64,000 nt of DNA from Leucoraja ocellata (Eukaryota), in contig JAWMAR010000025.1 of NCBI GenBank assembly GCA_036785375.1, forward strand, positions 8,432,001-8,496,000. Reading direction: 5' to 3'. Within the stretch, counting starts at the first letter, position 1. Each line of letters starts with the position of its first letter. The notes beneath the pieces were generated by a model. It was not told the DNA's origin and did not search any database. It saw only the letters and a list, made by a program, of their open reading frames with translations. The position numbers and the translations under genes were made by a program. Below are positions 36,683 to 49,245 of this stretch, piece by piece.

Positions 36683-36822
36683 TCTTCTTCTTGTGTATGG
36701 CGTGCACAGCATAAACTTGTTGGTCAACTTGTTCTATTTGATCTTGTTTGTGCCCGTCGGGTTGATTGCATTAGTCGAAACGCGACCACGTGGACCACGT
36801 GAAGGTTGCAATCTCCCACCCC
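36683..36822 (-). mobile_element. Short retroposon of the same family, copy D (ribozyme P1 disrupted), nested in a Penelope-derived element
   Basis: TSD AATGCTGGAGT at 36667-36677 and 36823-36833. A local duplication of GACCACGT replaces the P1 3' strand. Confidence 0.8.
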
Positions 36823-38744
36823 AATGCTGGAGTAACTCAGCGGGACAGGCAGCATCTTTGGTAGAAGGAATGGGTGACATTTCAGGTCGAGACCCTTCAT
36901 CAGACAACAGGTATGAAGGTCCAGGTATGAAGGTAACAAGGTCCAGGTATGAAGATTAGAAAGTGTTAGGCTGTGCTGAGGTTAACTAAACTCAGTTAAC
37001 AATTGTGATCCATAGTGACTCTGTACTGGTAACTCCAATGTGTCTGATGAGACCCTAGCCAGATAATAATACAGATACACCTTTTTTTTTTCACAACACG
37101 GTGCACGTTTGCTTGTGAAGTTTCATGGGTTGCATGTGTATGGACCAATGTACTACCATCTAAAGAGACTTTGAAAATGATCAACCAAATTGCATATATT
37201 TCCATGTTTGCACCTAAAACAGCGGGCATGTTGTATACAGCAGCTGCCTAAATGTAACTTATAATATCCAAATAATAATTGGTTCAAAGTTTATTTTAAC
37301 CAGCCTCCAGGCCATTTGGCTTCCGTAATGAAAGTGGGAAAAGCAGCTGTACAGCTTATTGGGAATATTTATGATTTTTTAAATGTAATTTATGTCCGTA
37401 ATCCATTTTTGATCTTTCTCCTCCTTTGCTTCAGGTCTTTCCGCCCCAATCTTGCCTTCACACCTGTCTACACGCCTGATTGATGGTAAGAATGAAGGAA
37501 AGTAAATGACTGGAGCATTACATTCAGTTCAAGGTCACCGCATTCTTGGATGGATGTAACATTTGGAGAAAAGGTGCAGGCAGGTTTCACTAAAATGATT
37601 CCAGGGCCGAGGGATTTCAGCTGTAAGGTCAGTGCAAAGAAGACTGAGACCAAACTTGGTTTAAAAACACTCATGATTGATTTTAGGTGGGATAAATTGA
37701 GAGAAATTGTTCCAGGACCAGATGGTTAGAAACATAGAAAAATGGGTGCAGGAGTAGGCCATTCGGCCCTTCGAGCTCAAACACAAAGTAAAGTAGATTA
37801 GGAGTGACGGGAATAAGATGAGAGGAACGTGGCGAGATGTGTGGGAAGTATGAGATGATTATAGAGTCAGAGAGAGTCATAGAGTGATACAGTGTGGAAA
37901 CAGGCTCTTCGGCCCAGCTTGCCCACACCAGCCAACACTTCTCAGCTACACTAGTCCCACCCGCCAGCATTTGCTCCATATACCTCCTAACCTGTCCTAT
38001 CAATGATCATCTTAAATGGCCAGGTAGACAAAATTGCTGGAGAAACTCAGCGGGTGAGGCAGCATCTATGGAGCGAAGGAAATGGGCAACGTTTCGGGCC
38101 GAAACCCTTCTTCAGACTGATGCAGGGTCATCTTAAATGGCCACATGGGTGGGGTTGGAGATGCTGATGAGACGGGTGGTGTGTTGTCTGGGAAATGCTC
38201 TGCTCTTTCAGCTGCATCCAAGGATGGTGGAAACGGGGTTTTGCGAGACTTCTTTATGAAGATTGGATATGCATCTGAGGAAAATATATGTTTCTGGGCC
38301 ATGGGGAAATGGGATAAAATAGCTTGGTCCACCAGGTGCCAACATGCGTGCCATGGGCAGAATCACACCTCCAGCATCATTGTGATTCCACGATCCTAAA
38401 CAAAATTGTGATCAAGATGGCGCCCGACCCTTGAACCGAGACGAGGAAACACTTTTTCTCACAGAGAGTGGTGAGTCTGTGGAATTCTTTGCCTCAGAGG
38501 GCGGTGGAGGCAGGTTCTCTGGATGCTTTCAAGAGAGAGCTAGGTAAGGCTCTTAATAATTGCGGAGTCGGGGGATATGGGGAGAAGTCAGGAACGTGGT
38601 ACTGATTGTGGATGATCAGCCATGATCACATTGAATGGCGGTGCTGGCTCGAAGGGCCGAATGGCCTCCTCCTGCACCTCTTGTCTATTGTCTATTGACC
38701 CAGATGATTCTTTGTGTGCTAGTCACAGAAGTGGGTCTGCAGAC

Positions 38745-39093
38745 CAGGTACCAAGGTCCAAGCGGAAGCTCGGAGGGGATAGAGCCTTCTCTGTTGCTGC
38801 TCTGGCACTCTGGAACACCCTGCCGTTGCACATCAGACAGGCCCCCTCGCTGTCCATCTTCAAATCCACCCTAAAAACTCATTTTTATTCTCTGGCTTTC
38901 GACACTGGCTGAGACATTGCTCCTGTTTTTAGTGCTTTTAATGTCTTTTAATTTTTACTGTTTTATAGTCCTTTGTTTTACGGTTTTTAATGGTTTGTAA
39001 TAACTTCTTGTCCATGAGTTCTCATGTACAGCACTTTGTGGCAACTGCAGTTGTTTAAAGTGCTTTATAAATAAAGTTATTATTATTATTATT
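38745..39093 (+). mobile_element. L2-type LINE 3' end
   Basis: VPRSKRKLGGDRAFSVAALALWNTLPLHIRQAPSLSIFKSTLKTHFYSLAF*, with tail GTACAGCACTTTG...AAGTGCTTTATAAATAAAG(TTA)n. Confidence 0.8.
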
Positions 39094-39363
39094 GCAATCA
39101 CACATTACAATCGCTCCACTCTTGTAAACCTTTATTCATGTTAATCAGGTATCTGTACACTGTGAATGCCTCAAATGTAGTCATGTATGTCTTTTTGCTG
39201 ACTGGTTAGCACGCAACAAAAGCTTTTCACTGTACCTCGGTACACGTGACAAATAACATGGTGGGTTTACTCAGACTGGGCAATGGGAGGATGTCTGGTT
39301 TATGGGGAGCCATACACATTTACTTTATAGAATATAAATGCTTAACAATGTCATATTTTAATG

Positions 39364-39614
39364 TGTTTAAGAAGGAACTGCAGATGCTGGAAAATCGAAG
39401 GTAGACAAAAGTGCTGGAGAAACTCAGCGGGTGCAGCAGCATCTATGGAGCGAAGGAAATAGGCAACGTTTCGGGCCGAAACCCTTCAGGAAGGAAACGG
39501 GTAACGTTTCAGGCCGAAACCCAGAAGGGTTTCGGCCCGAAACGTTGCCTATTTCCTTCGCTCCATAGATGCTGCTGCACCCGCTGAGTTTCTCCAGCAC
39601 TTTTGTCTACCTTC
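39364..39614. repeat. PLE-derived palindromic element with perfect 91-bp arms
   Basis: 39397-39487 is the exact reverse complement of 39524-39614. Confidence 0.85.
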
Positions 39615-40166
39615 ATTTTTTAATGTAGATTGCTATAAGGGAGGCAATACAATTACATCTTCAAATCATAACTTTTATATTTATTACTTTTCGTTCCGTG
39701 TCATGTTGTGCATATATTAAATATATTTGATATATTCTTCCATGCATGTGACAATTATAGTTTTTCTTATTTATAATGGCCACATTTAGTGCTCTTGGCA
39801 TTCGGACTGCCACTCTGTTTCCCAGTAATAAATTGGCTGCAGAGAAAGGATAGCGGGGAGGGGGGGAGGGGGGAAGGATGTAAACCATGAGATGATCTTC
39901 TCAAGTGGACACTTTGGGTTGAAGATGACTTGCTTCTGGGTTCTGAGATGGCAGGCAGGACAATGCACATGGGCGGGATGGGAGATACCTGTGGGAGTTG
40001 TTTGGGAAATAGCCCTTTGACAATTGAGATGCAATGATTGAGGGCCCTCCAATGACACCAGGGTTATGTCGAGCAGGTGGCATTAAAAGGTTATGAGACT
40101 AAATGAGGTTCTTGCCTTGGAGAGAAATGCCCCGAGTGTGTAGCACCCCAATGAGTAATTGGGATA

Positions 40167-40687
40167 ACATAGAAAATAGGTGCAGGAGTAGGCCATTCGG
40201 CCCTTCGAGCCTGCACCGCCATTCAATATGATCATGGCAGATCATCCAACTCGGTATCCTGTACCTGCCTTCTCTCCATACCCCCTGATCCCTTTAGCCA
40301 CAAGTGCCGCATCTAACTCCCTCTTAAATATAGCCAATGAACTGGCCTCGACTACCTTCTGTGGCAGAGAATTCCACAGATTCACTACTCACTGTGTGAA
40401 AAATGTTTTTCTCATCTCGGTCCTAAAAGATTTCCCCCTTATCCTTAAACTGTGACCCCTTGTCCTGGACTTCCCCAACATCGGGAACAATCTTCCTGCA
40501 TCTAGCCTGTCCAACCCCTTAAGAATTTTGTACGTTTCTATAAGATCCGCCCTCAATCTTCTAAATTCAAGCGAGTACAAACCGAGTCTATCCAGTCTTT
40601 CTTCATATGAAAGTCCTGACATCCCAGGAATCAGTCTGGTGAACCTTCTCTGTGCTCCCTCTATGGCAAGAATGTCTTTCCTCAGAT
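40167..40687 (-). mobile_element. CR1-type LINE 3' fragment
   Basis: Same family sequence and tail as 6841-7646. Confidence 0.85.
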
Positions 40688-42622
40688 TCCTCAGAACTTG
40701 TGTAAACGGGTGATTGATGGTTCAGTGTGGACTCGGTGGGCCGAAGCGTTTGCTTCCTTAAAAAAAAAAAGGGTGGGGTAAAAAGGGCGGCACAGTGGCG
40801 CAGCGGTAGAGTTGCTGCCTTATAGCGCCAGAGATCCGGGTTCAACCCCAACCTCAGAAGCTGTCCGAGTGTGGAGTTTGTACGTTCTCCCCGTGGCCTG
40901 CGTGGGTTTTCTCTGGGTGCTCCGGTTTCCTCCCACATTTCAAAGACATGCAGGTTTGTAGGTTAATTGGCTTCAGTAAAATTGTCCCTAGTGTGTAGGA
41001 TAGAACCAGTGTACAGGCGACCACTCAGTGGGCCGATGGGGCAGTTTCCATGCTGTAAGTCTAAATTCAAAGAATACATTGCAGAATAGCTAACAATGGC
41101 ATCCATAATATTATCAGCTACATTGAACTCCCCAAGGCACTTTACAAACAGTATAAGGACAGATACAGAGAGTGAGATATGAAGCTGCCCTTCCATCTGA
41201 AGAAAGGTCTCGACCCGAAACGTCACCTATTCCTTTTCTCGAGAGATGCTGCCTGACCCGCTGAGTTACCCCAGCTTTTTGTGTCTATCTTCCTATTGCA
41301 AGTATAGGTCCTTGAAATGTATTTAAGGACCCAAGAAGCCTTGAAGAACTACCCCATGCCTGGTTTTATTCTTTATAGATATGGTGTAAATTTTTCAACA
41401 GCTTTGCCGTTTATTCTCAAATGGGAATCGTGCTTTTCAATCGCATTTCTGCATTTGTTGGGTTTGTCAACTTGTTTTATGTCAGGGGTGAAACGGTGCT
41501 GTTGGACAACAAATTGATGCTTGGGTGGGTCTGACACGCGTTGGTACTTCTGCTGCAAAACAGCAGGAATCTGAGTAGCAGTGCAATTGTGACTCTGTTT
41601 ACAATCGGAGTGATGTGTGGGACTGATTTCCGTCTCTCTGTTCCCCTTCTACTGAAAGTGGCTCTGGCTGGGGTTGCTTGGACATTGCAGATAAATATGT
41701 CGTAGATGAATGGAAAATGCTGAACCATACTGTGCGCTTGCGGGCCTCGAGAACATTGTTGTGTCATTAACACGAGCAGCTGTGCTAATTGCTATTCAGC
41801 ACATTATGATAAAACGTTCACACACACACCTCCCTCGCGCTCTCTCGCTCTTTTCAATTGTAGTCACTCTAAAATAGACCATCCAGCCAGCAAAATCCAT
41901 CCCAAAAAACAAAGATAACCTCATAATCCCTAAACAAAGCATCCTGTCATGACAAAATTGATGATTGCTGATAACTCTATAATGTTGAATCATAGCTGAC
42001 TGACAGGGTTTGTTATTGAAGGCAGAAGCATTTACTTCCAAATTAAATTTGAATGATCTAGATGGTGCAGTGCTGGGACATAAACAGCAGATTTTGTAAA
42101 AATTATAAAATGTGTTGATTAATTTGTAGGCTCTCAATAGAGTTGAGGGGAATAATGATGCTGCCTCAAGCTTGTTGGGATTCAGTCTTGGCTTAGTGGT
42201 AAATTATTTGATGCTACTAAATGAACTTTTGAACATTCATCTTAATGGTGAATATGGATCATGTTTAGGCCCAAGAACCAATTCAACACTTCAGGGCTCT
42301 CTAGACTCAATGACTCCTTCAAAGACCATGGCCAACTACTCCCTACAGATCTGTAAATTCATAAAGCCTGCTCAGCCAATCTTCAAACTTAACAATAAGC
42401 CTGACCAAACCTTGTGAAACTGCACACCTCCAGATCCAGGGACAGTTATCAGGCAACAGAACTTTATCCTGCACAAAACCTAATTCCCTTTATCCTGTAT
42501 CTGCATTCTGTGGACGGCTCGATTGTAATTGTGTATTGACTTTCTGCCGACTGATTCGCATTCAACGAAAGATTTTCGCTGTACCTCGGTACACGTGACA
42601 ATAAACCAAACTAATTATCTAA

Positions 42623-42849
42623 TGCCCCTGTCCCACTTAGGAAACCTGAACGGAAACCTCTGGAGACTTTGCGCCCCACCCAAGTTTTCCGTGCGGTTCC
42701 CGGAGGTTGCAGGTGGTTGCCAGAGGTTGCAGGTAGTGGAAGCAGGTAGGGAGACTGACAAAAACCTCCAGGAACCGCACGGAAACCTTCGGGTGGGGCG
42801 CAAAGTCTCCAGAGGGTTCCGTTCAGGTTGCCTAAGTGGGACAGGGGCA
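42623..42849. mobile_element. PIF/Harbinger-type MITE with long TIRs
   Basis: About 85-bp inverted arms starting TGCCCCTGTCCCACTTAGG, with a perfect TAA TSD (42620-42622 and 42850-42852). Confidence 0.85.
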
Positions 42850-44849
42850 TAACTAACCAACTTTCCCAGTGTTGCCACCAACCCATTTGTTCTGTGGTGC
42901 TTTGGTACATCAGCAAAGCATGTTTGGTTATTCTGTTTCACAGATTCCAAAGTACTTCCTGCCATACAAGCCCAAAGCAAATTCCTTACACAAATAAATG
43001 AGTACGCAAGAGCCTTTCCCATGAATTTCTGTAAATAAATATCTTGGCATATGAATGGCTTTTGTTGAAATCTGATCTAACGAACCTAACCTTTGCCCAT
43101 TAAGGAAATGATCTTAAAAATAGCTTTGCTGAACATCTGGAAAGGTATTTATTTTAAATATAACTGACAGGGTCAATTGGAAACTGAAGAAACAATTATT
43201 ACGATTAGATCCTTGGCAAACAGAAATTTCCTGCAAATTTTTATTTCCCAAAGTAATATATTAAAGTTGCGGTTCAGGATGTGATGGAGTGATTTGACAG
43301 CCATACTATTCTTGAAATACAGGAATTATTGGAAAGACCTAAATCATTTGGCTTACAATCTACCATGTTGTTAATGTGTAGGAAGGAACTGCAGATGCTG
43401 GTTTATGCCAAAGATAAACACAAAGTGCTGGAGTAACTCGGCAGGGCAGGCAGCATCACTGGACACAAAGTGCTGGAGTAACCCAGTGTCGGACCTGTTG
43501 AATTCCTCCAGCATTTTGTGTTTCAGTATGAACCAGCATTTTTAGTTCCTCCCTACACATTAACAGCATGGTAGGTTGTGAGCCAAACGATGTTGGTCTT
43601 TCCAATAGTTCCTGTATCGCTAGAATAACAGAGCCTCGTGTCTTATGCTGTTGGTTGTATTTTCTGATTCATTGAATCAATCAATATTGATCAGATGAAG
43701 AAATGGCTCGAGGAGAACTCCAGTGTTGGAGAAATTTTGGAAGCAACGTTTTTTTAATTGATTTAAAGATCAGTCTGAAGAAGGGTCCCAACATGAATAT
43801 GTCCCAACATATTCATGTTCTCCGGAGAGGCTGCCTGACTGGTTGAGTTGCTCCAGCACTTTGTGTCCTTTTAACGGAGTTACCTGAGCCCAAATTATTT
43901 TGGCAAATGGTCCTCCAATCTGTTGTCTCTCTCTCTCACACATGGGTCTGATATGTTCAAAGATATGACATGATATGATACGATAGAACTTTATTTAACC
44001 CAGGAGAGAAATTGGTCTGTCAACAGTCATCAAAAACACTACAGTAGACACGAAATATGAAATTAAAGTGACATGGAAAGTCCAGGAATGGGGATGTGCA
44101 AAGATTGGGTAGAGGGAGAGGGGTGGGGGAGGGGGAAAGGGAAAGAGAAAGGGAGCCAGGCCCTTCAGCCCAATTTGCCCATGCTGACCAACATGGCCCA
44201 TCTGCACTAGTCCCACCTGCCTACATTTGTCCCATATCCCTCTAAACCTGTTGTATCCATGGAGTGGTTTAAATTATTTTTAAATGTTGTGATAGTTCCT
44301 GCCTCAAATAGCTCCTCTGGCAGCTTGTTCCATCAACCCATCACTATTTTGTGTGGGGAAAAAAATGACCCCTTGGATTCCTATTAAATCTCCCCCCCCC
44401 TCCCCCCCCCCCCCCTCGCCCCCTCCCCCCCCTCCCCCCCCCCCCCCCCCCCCCTCACCTTAAACCCATGTTCTCGATTCCCCTATTTTGGGCAAACGAC
44501 TGTGCGTTTATCCTAACTATTCCTCTCATAATTTTATGCGCCACTATAAGATCACCCCTCATCCTCTGCACTCCAAGGAATAAAGCCCCAGCCTGCTCAA
44601 CCTCTCCCTATGGCTCAGGCCCTCGAGTTCTGGCAACATCCTTGTACATCTTCTCTGTACCCTTTCCAGCTTGACAACATTTTTTTTTATAACATGGTGA
44701 CCAAAACTAAACACAATAAACGTGGCTTCACCATGTTACTAACTGCAATATGACCTCCCAACCTATACTCAATGCTCTGACTGATGAAAGCTAAAGAGCC
44801 AACAGCTTTTTTGACCTCCCTATGTACCTGTGATGCTAGGGATTCAGGT

Positions 44850-45420
44850 TGGGAGGATTAGGGTTTGCATCAAAAATCAGATGGAGCGTTTACAAGAGGA
44901 AAAGCAGGAATTGGGATTATGGCAGCGACACTCCCTCTTGACCGTGGGAAAGAACATAACCATCAGATGGGATTGTTCTCAGTATTGCCTCTGTGTTTCT
45001 GTGCGTGTGGCCTTTACCCTAGTGCCGTCTCTGAACAGTCACCACGTCTGTAATGGTTTATATAGACATTGAAAATGCACCGTATCTATAGAAGGACAAG
45101 GAGAAAAGTTGGTGAGGGTTTGTGGAGTGGAAACATCACTCGAATGGCTACCCTTGTACATGGCTACACCATGTATCACTTCATGCTGAGGTTCTGTCTG
45201 CAATGACGGGTGTGGCAGGAACAATGTTCAACAATGCAGTACTGCATGTCCATGTTAGGACAGTTATGCAGAAGAACATCTATGACCAGAATGCCATTCA
45301 GACCAAGTTCTGCACAGAATGTCTTCAAAACCCTGGAGGAGAATGCATGGTGGATAGTGCCAGATGGTTCCCCAAGGAGACTCAATGTGTCTTCCTTCGT
45401 GTCCATCGTCCATGTTTCAA
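44850..45420 (+). mobile_element. Possible highly decayed L1/Tx1-type LINE fragment
   Basis: Weak residual similarity by eye (e.g. YHFMLRFCL) in a frame-broken, coding-like stretch. Not verified. Confidence 0.25.
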
Positions 45421-48127
45421 ATGTTGACCTCGCTGTCATTGTCCATTCCTGAAAAGGACGCAAGCTTCCGGTGACAATCAGTGGGAGTTGTCACATTGCA
45501 ATAGATGATGGTGGTAGCAGAATTAGCTCTGGATTAGCTCCAATTCCCAGCCCCGCCACCTGCTATGGGGCCGACTAAATGTGTAGGAAGTAACTGCAGA
45601 TGCTGCCTGAAGAAGGGTTCCAACCCGAAACATCACCTACTCTTTTTCTCCAGAGATGCTAACCTGACCCATTACTGAGCCGAGTTGCTCCAGCACTGTG
45701 TGTCTATCCCCAAGTGGACTGCTAGGGCCTTTGGGCAGAATACGTCATCATAGGGAACCTCACACCCAACAACATTGGGTAGCTGATCAGGAGGAGAGGC
45801 CCTCAGCACCAGATTCTTCATGCATGTCAGGAGGCAAAAAGGCTCCATACAGATGGGTCACAGTTTAAGGTCCCTCTTATCATTGCAACCTTAGGCACTG
45901 GATTCTGTTCAAGTTCAAGTGAGTTTATTGTCATGTGTCCCTGTATAGGACAATGAAATTCTTGCTTTGCTTAAGCACACAGAACATAGTAGTACAAAAC
46001 AGATAAATGTGTCCATACACCATGATATAAATATATACACACATGAATAAATAAACTGGTAAAGTGCAAATAACAGAAAGTGGTTATTAATAATCAGAGT
46101 TTTGTCCGAGCCAGGTTTAATAGCCTGATGGTTGTGGGGAAGTAGCTATTCCTGAACCTGGCTGTTGCAGTCTTCAGGCTCCTGTACCTTCTACCTGAAG
46201 GTAGCAGGGAGATGAGTGTGTGGCCAGGATGATGTGGGTCTTTGATGATACTGCCAGCCTTTTTGAGGCAGCGACTGCGATAAATCCCCTCGATGGAAGG
46301 GAGGTCAGAGCCGATGATGGACTGGGCAGTGTTTACTACTTTTTGTAGTCTCCAGGGCGCTCAAATTGCCGAACCAAGCCACGATGCAACCGGTCAGTAT
46401 GCTCTGACAGTATGCACAAAACCCTAGGACTCGAGGAATATATATAACGAAAAACTGATCTTGGAATAATACAGCTTGTACTACCAATGACAACGTATGA
46501 CGTATTGAATTGTAAGTATTTGTATATTTTATACATAAAGTATATTTTGAGGAAAAAAGATCCATTGACAACATTTGAAGGGCATCAATTGCTTCCAATA
46601 TCCGAGCCAACATTCTTCCCACAAACATCATTCAGCAAAAATATAATAATAACCATAAAACTAATGCAAAAAAAAAGTGTAAAGAGGGCAGTTACACTAA
46701 GAGGTATGGCTTAAGCAATTAGAAGAACGAGGCAACAGGTTAGGGGAACAGATGACTTTATTATAGAATCAAGAAATAATTTTGGGGAACATTCTTGTGG
46801 CATTTGGCGAAGGCAGTCCCTAAATTGTTAAATACAAATTTAGACAGAATGGTAGGGAGACAGATGAATATAGAGCAGTACAGCACAGGAACAGGCCCTT
46901 CGGCCCACAATTGTGACCGTGCTGTACACAAAACCAAAGTAGACTCCTCTGCCTGCATATGATTCGTATCCCTCCATTCCCTGCATATCTAAGAGTGTTT
47001 TATAGTCATGTGCACTAACAACACCACAATGAAATTCGTATTTGCATCAGCAGCAGCAACATATGTCTGTAAACACAGTGCCCAATGGATGACATAAACA
47101 AATGAGAAAAAGGTTCAATAAATTAAAAAAAAACAATATAGTGCAAAAAAACACAACAAGCCCAAAGTCCCTAGTGCAATCCAAGCAGTTCGGAGTTTAG
47201 TTGGAGTTCACCGTGTTCAATAGCCTGTGTAAGAAGGAACATCCGATGCTAGTTTAAACCGAAGATAGACCCAAAAAGCTGGTCTTAAGAAGGGTCACGG
47301 CCCAAAACGTCACCCATTCCATCTCTCCAGAGATGCTGCCTGTCCCCCAGCTTTTTGTTTAAGAAGGAACTGCAGATGCTGGAAAATCGAAGGTACACAA
47401 AAAAGCTAGAGAAACTCAGCGGGTGCAGCAGCATCTATGGAGCGAAGGAGATGGGCAACGTTTTGGGCCGAAACCCTTCTTCAGACTGGAGATAGCTTGT
47501 TAGTTATTGGGAAGAAGCTGCTCCTGAACCTGGATGTTACAGCTTTCAGACTCCTGTACTTTCTTCCTGAAGGCAGGAGTGATATGAAGGTGATGCCTGG
47601 GGGAGGTGTGGGTCTCTGATTATCCACGTGCCTACCTAAAAACCTCAGGTGGCTTTATAACAGAATCCAGAAATAATTGGGACCATTCTTGTGACATTTG
47701 GCAGTGTCTGATCAATGATGGTCCTTAAATCGTTATACTTGAATTTATCTCCAAAGAGGTAAAAGTAACAATGCAAAGATATGTGTAGTGCCAGTTAGGT
47801 GTAATTTCCTTTTAGGTGCATCAATACTATTTCCCTCTGATCCAAGGATATAATTACTAACAGAATGCAAGCATAATAAGACAAAATATTATGAATAGAC
47901 TAACCCACACACAATGTGTGTGCATAATCATAGCCTCGTTCAGTGTGTGTGTGTGTCAGCTGGATGAATGATGCATAATTACCATGTGGTGACTATGAAG
48001 TATTTTATTGACATCATTTGCATCTCACACTCTATCCTCAGGTTCTTTGCTGGATTTTCTCCTGCTGTCTGTGTGTGGGTGGTCACAATGGTATAATGGC
48101 AACTCTATATTTTTATCTGTTCATTTG

Positions 48128-48640
48128 GAAACATCGAAACATGGAAAAAAGGTGCAGGAGTAGGCCATTTGGTCCTTCGAGCCAGCACTGCCATTCAATA
48201 TGATCATGGCTGATCATCCAGAATCAGTACCCTGTTCCTGCTTTCTCCCCATACCCCTTGATTCCGTTAGACCTAAGAGCTATATCTAACTCTCTCTTGA
48301 ATACTTCCAGTGAATTGGCCTCTACTGCCTTCTGTGGCAGAGAATTCCACAGATTCACAACTCTCTGGCTGAAAATGTTTTTCCTCATCTCAGTCTTAAA
48401 TGGCCTACCCCTTATTCTTAAACTATGTCCCCTGGTTCTGGACTCCCCCAACATGGGGAACATTTTTCCTGCATCGAGCCTGTCCAATCCCTTAAGAATT
48501 TTATATGTTTCTATAAGATCGCCTCTCATCCTAAATTCCAGTGAATATAAGCCTAGCCGATCCATTCTTTCATCCTATATCAGTCCCGCCGTCCAAGGAA
48601 TTAACCTGGTGAACCCACGCTGCACTTCCCCAAGAGCAAG
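48128..48640 (-). mobile_element. CR1-type LINE 3' fragment
   Basis: ORF 48224-48565 (LGLYSLEF...RGDLIETYK...QRVVNLWNSLP). Confidence 0.85.
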
Positions 48641-48824
48641 AATTTATCTGTTTGTTTTCATGGAACATGTTGTGTTTTACCAAATATTAAAAGTGTCCTT
48701 GCTAGCTTGTACCTCCTTGTATGTAAATAAATGACAAAGGCTTGAGGTGAAAAGGAGACAAAAGGGTGTTGAATAATGAGAATAGAGTATGAAATGTTTA
48801 TAGTCACAAGGAATTGCAGATGCT

Positions 48825-49245
48825 NNNNNNNNNNNNNNNNNNNNNNNNNNNNNNNNNNNNNNNNNNNNNNNNNNNNNNNNNNNNNNNNNNNNNNNNNNNN
48901 NNNNNNNNNNNNNNNNNNNNNNNNNNNNNNNNNNNNNNNNNNNNNNNNNNNNNNNNNNNNNNNNNNNNNNNNNNNNNNNNNNNNNNNNNNNNNNNNNNNN
49001 NNNNNNNNNNNNNNNNNNNNNNNNNNNNNNNNNNNNNNNNNNNNNNNNNNNNNNNNNNNNNNNNNNNNNNNNNNNNNNNNNNNNNNNNNNNNNNNNNNNN
49101 NNNNNNNNNNNNNNNNNNNNNNNNNNNNNNNNNNNNNNNNNNNNNNNNNNNNNNNNNNNNNNNNNNNNNNNNNNNNNNNNNNNNNNNNNNNNNNNNNNNN
49201 NNNNNNNNNNNNNNNNNNNNNNNNNNNNNNNNNNNNNNNNNNNNN
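48825..49245. other. Assembly gap (421 N)
   Basis: Run of N. The ORFs spanning it are artefacts. Confidence 1.

Noticed and set aside
44391-44454. Long poly-C tract as a G-quadruplex element
   Set aside because: It lies inside a LINE remnant. Homopolymer C/G runs are frequent here and may be inflated by sequencing error.
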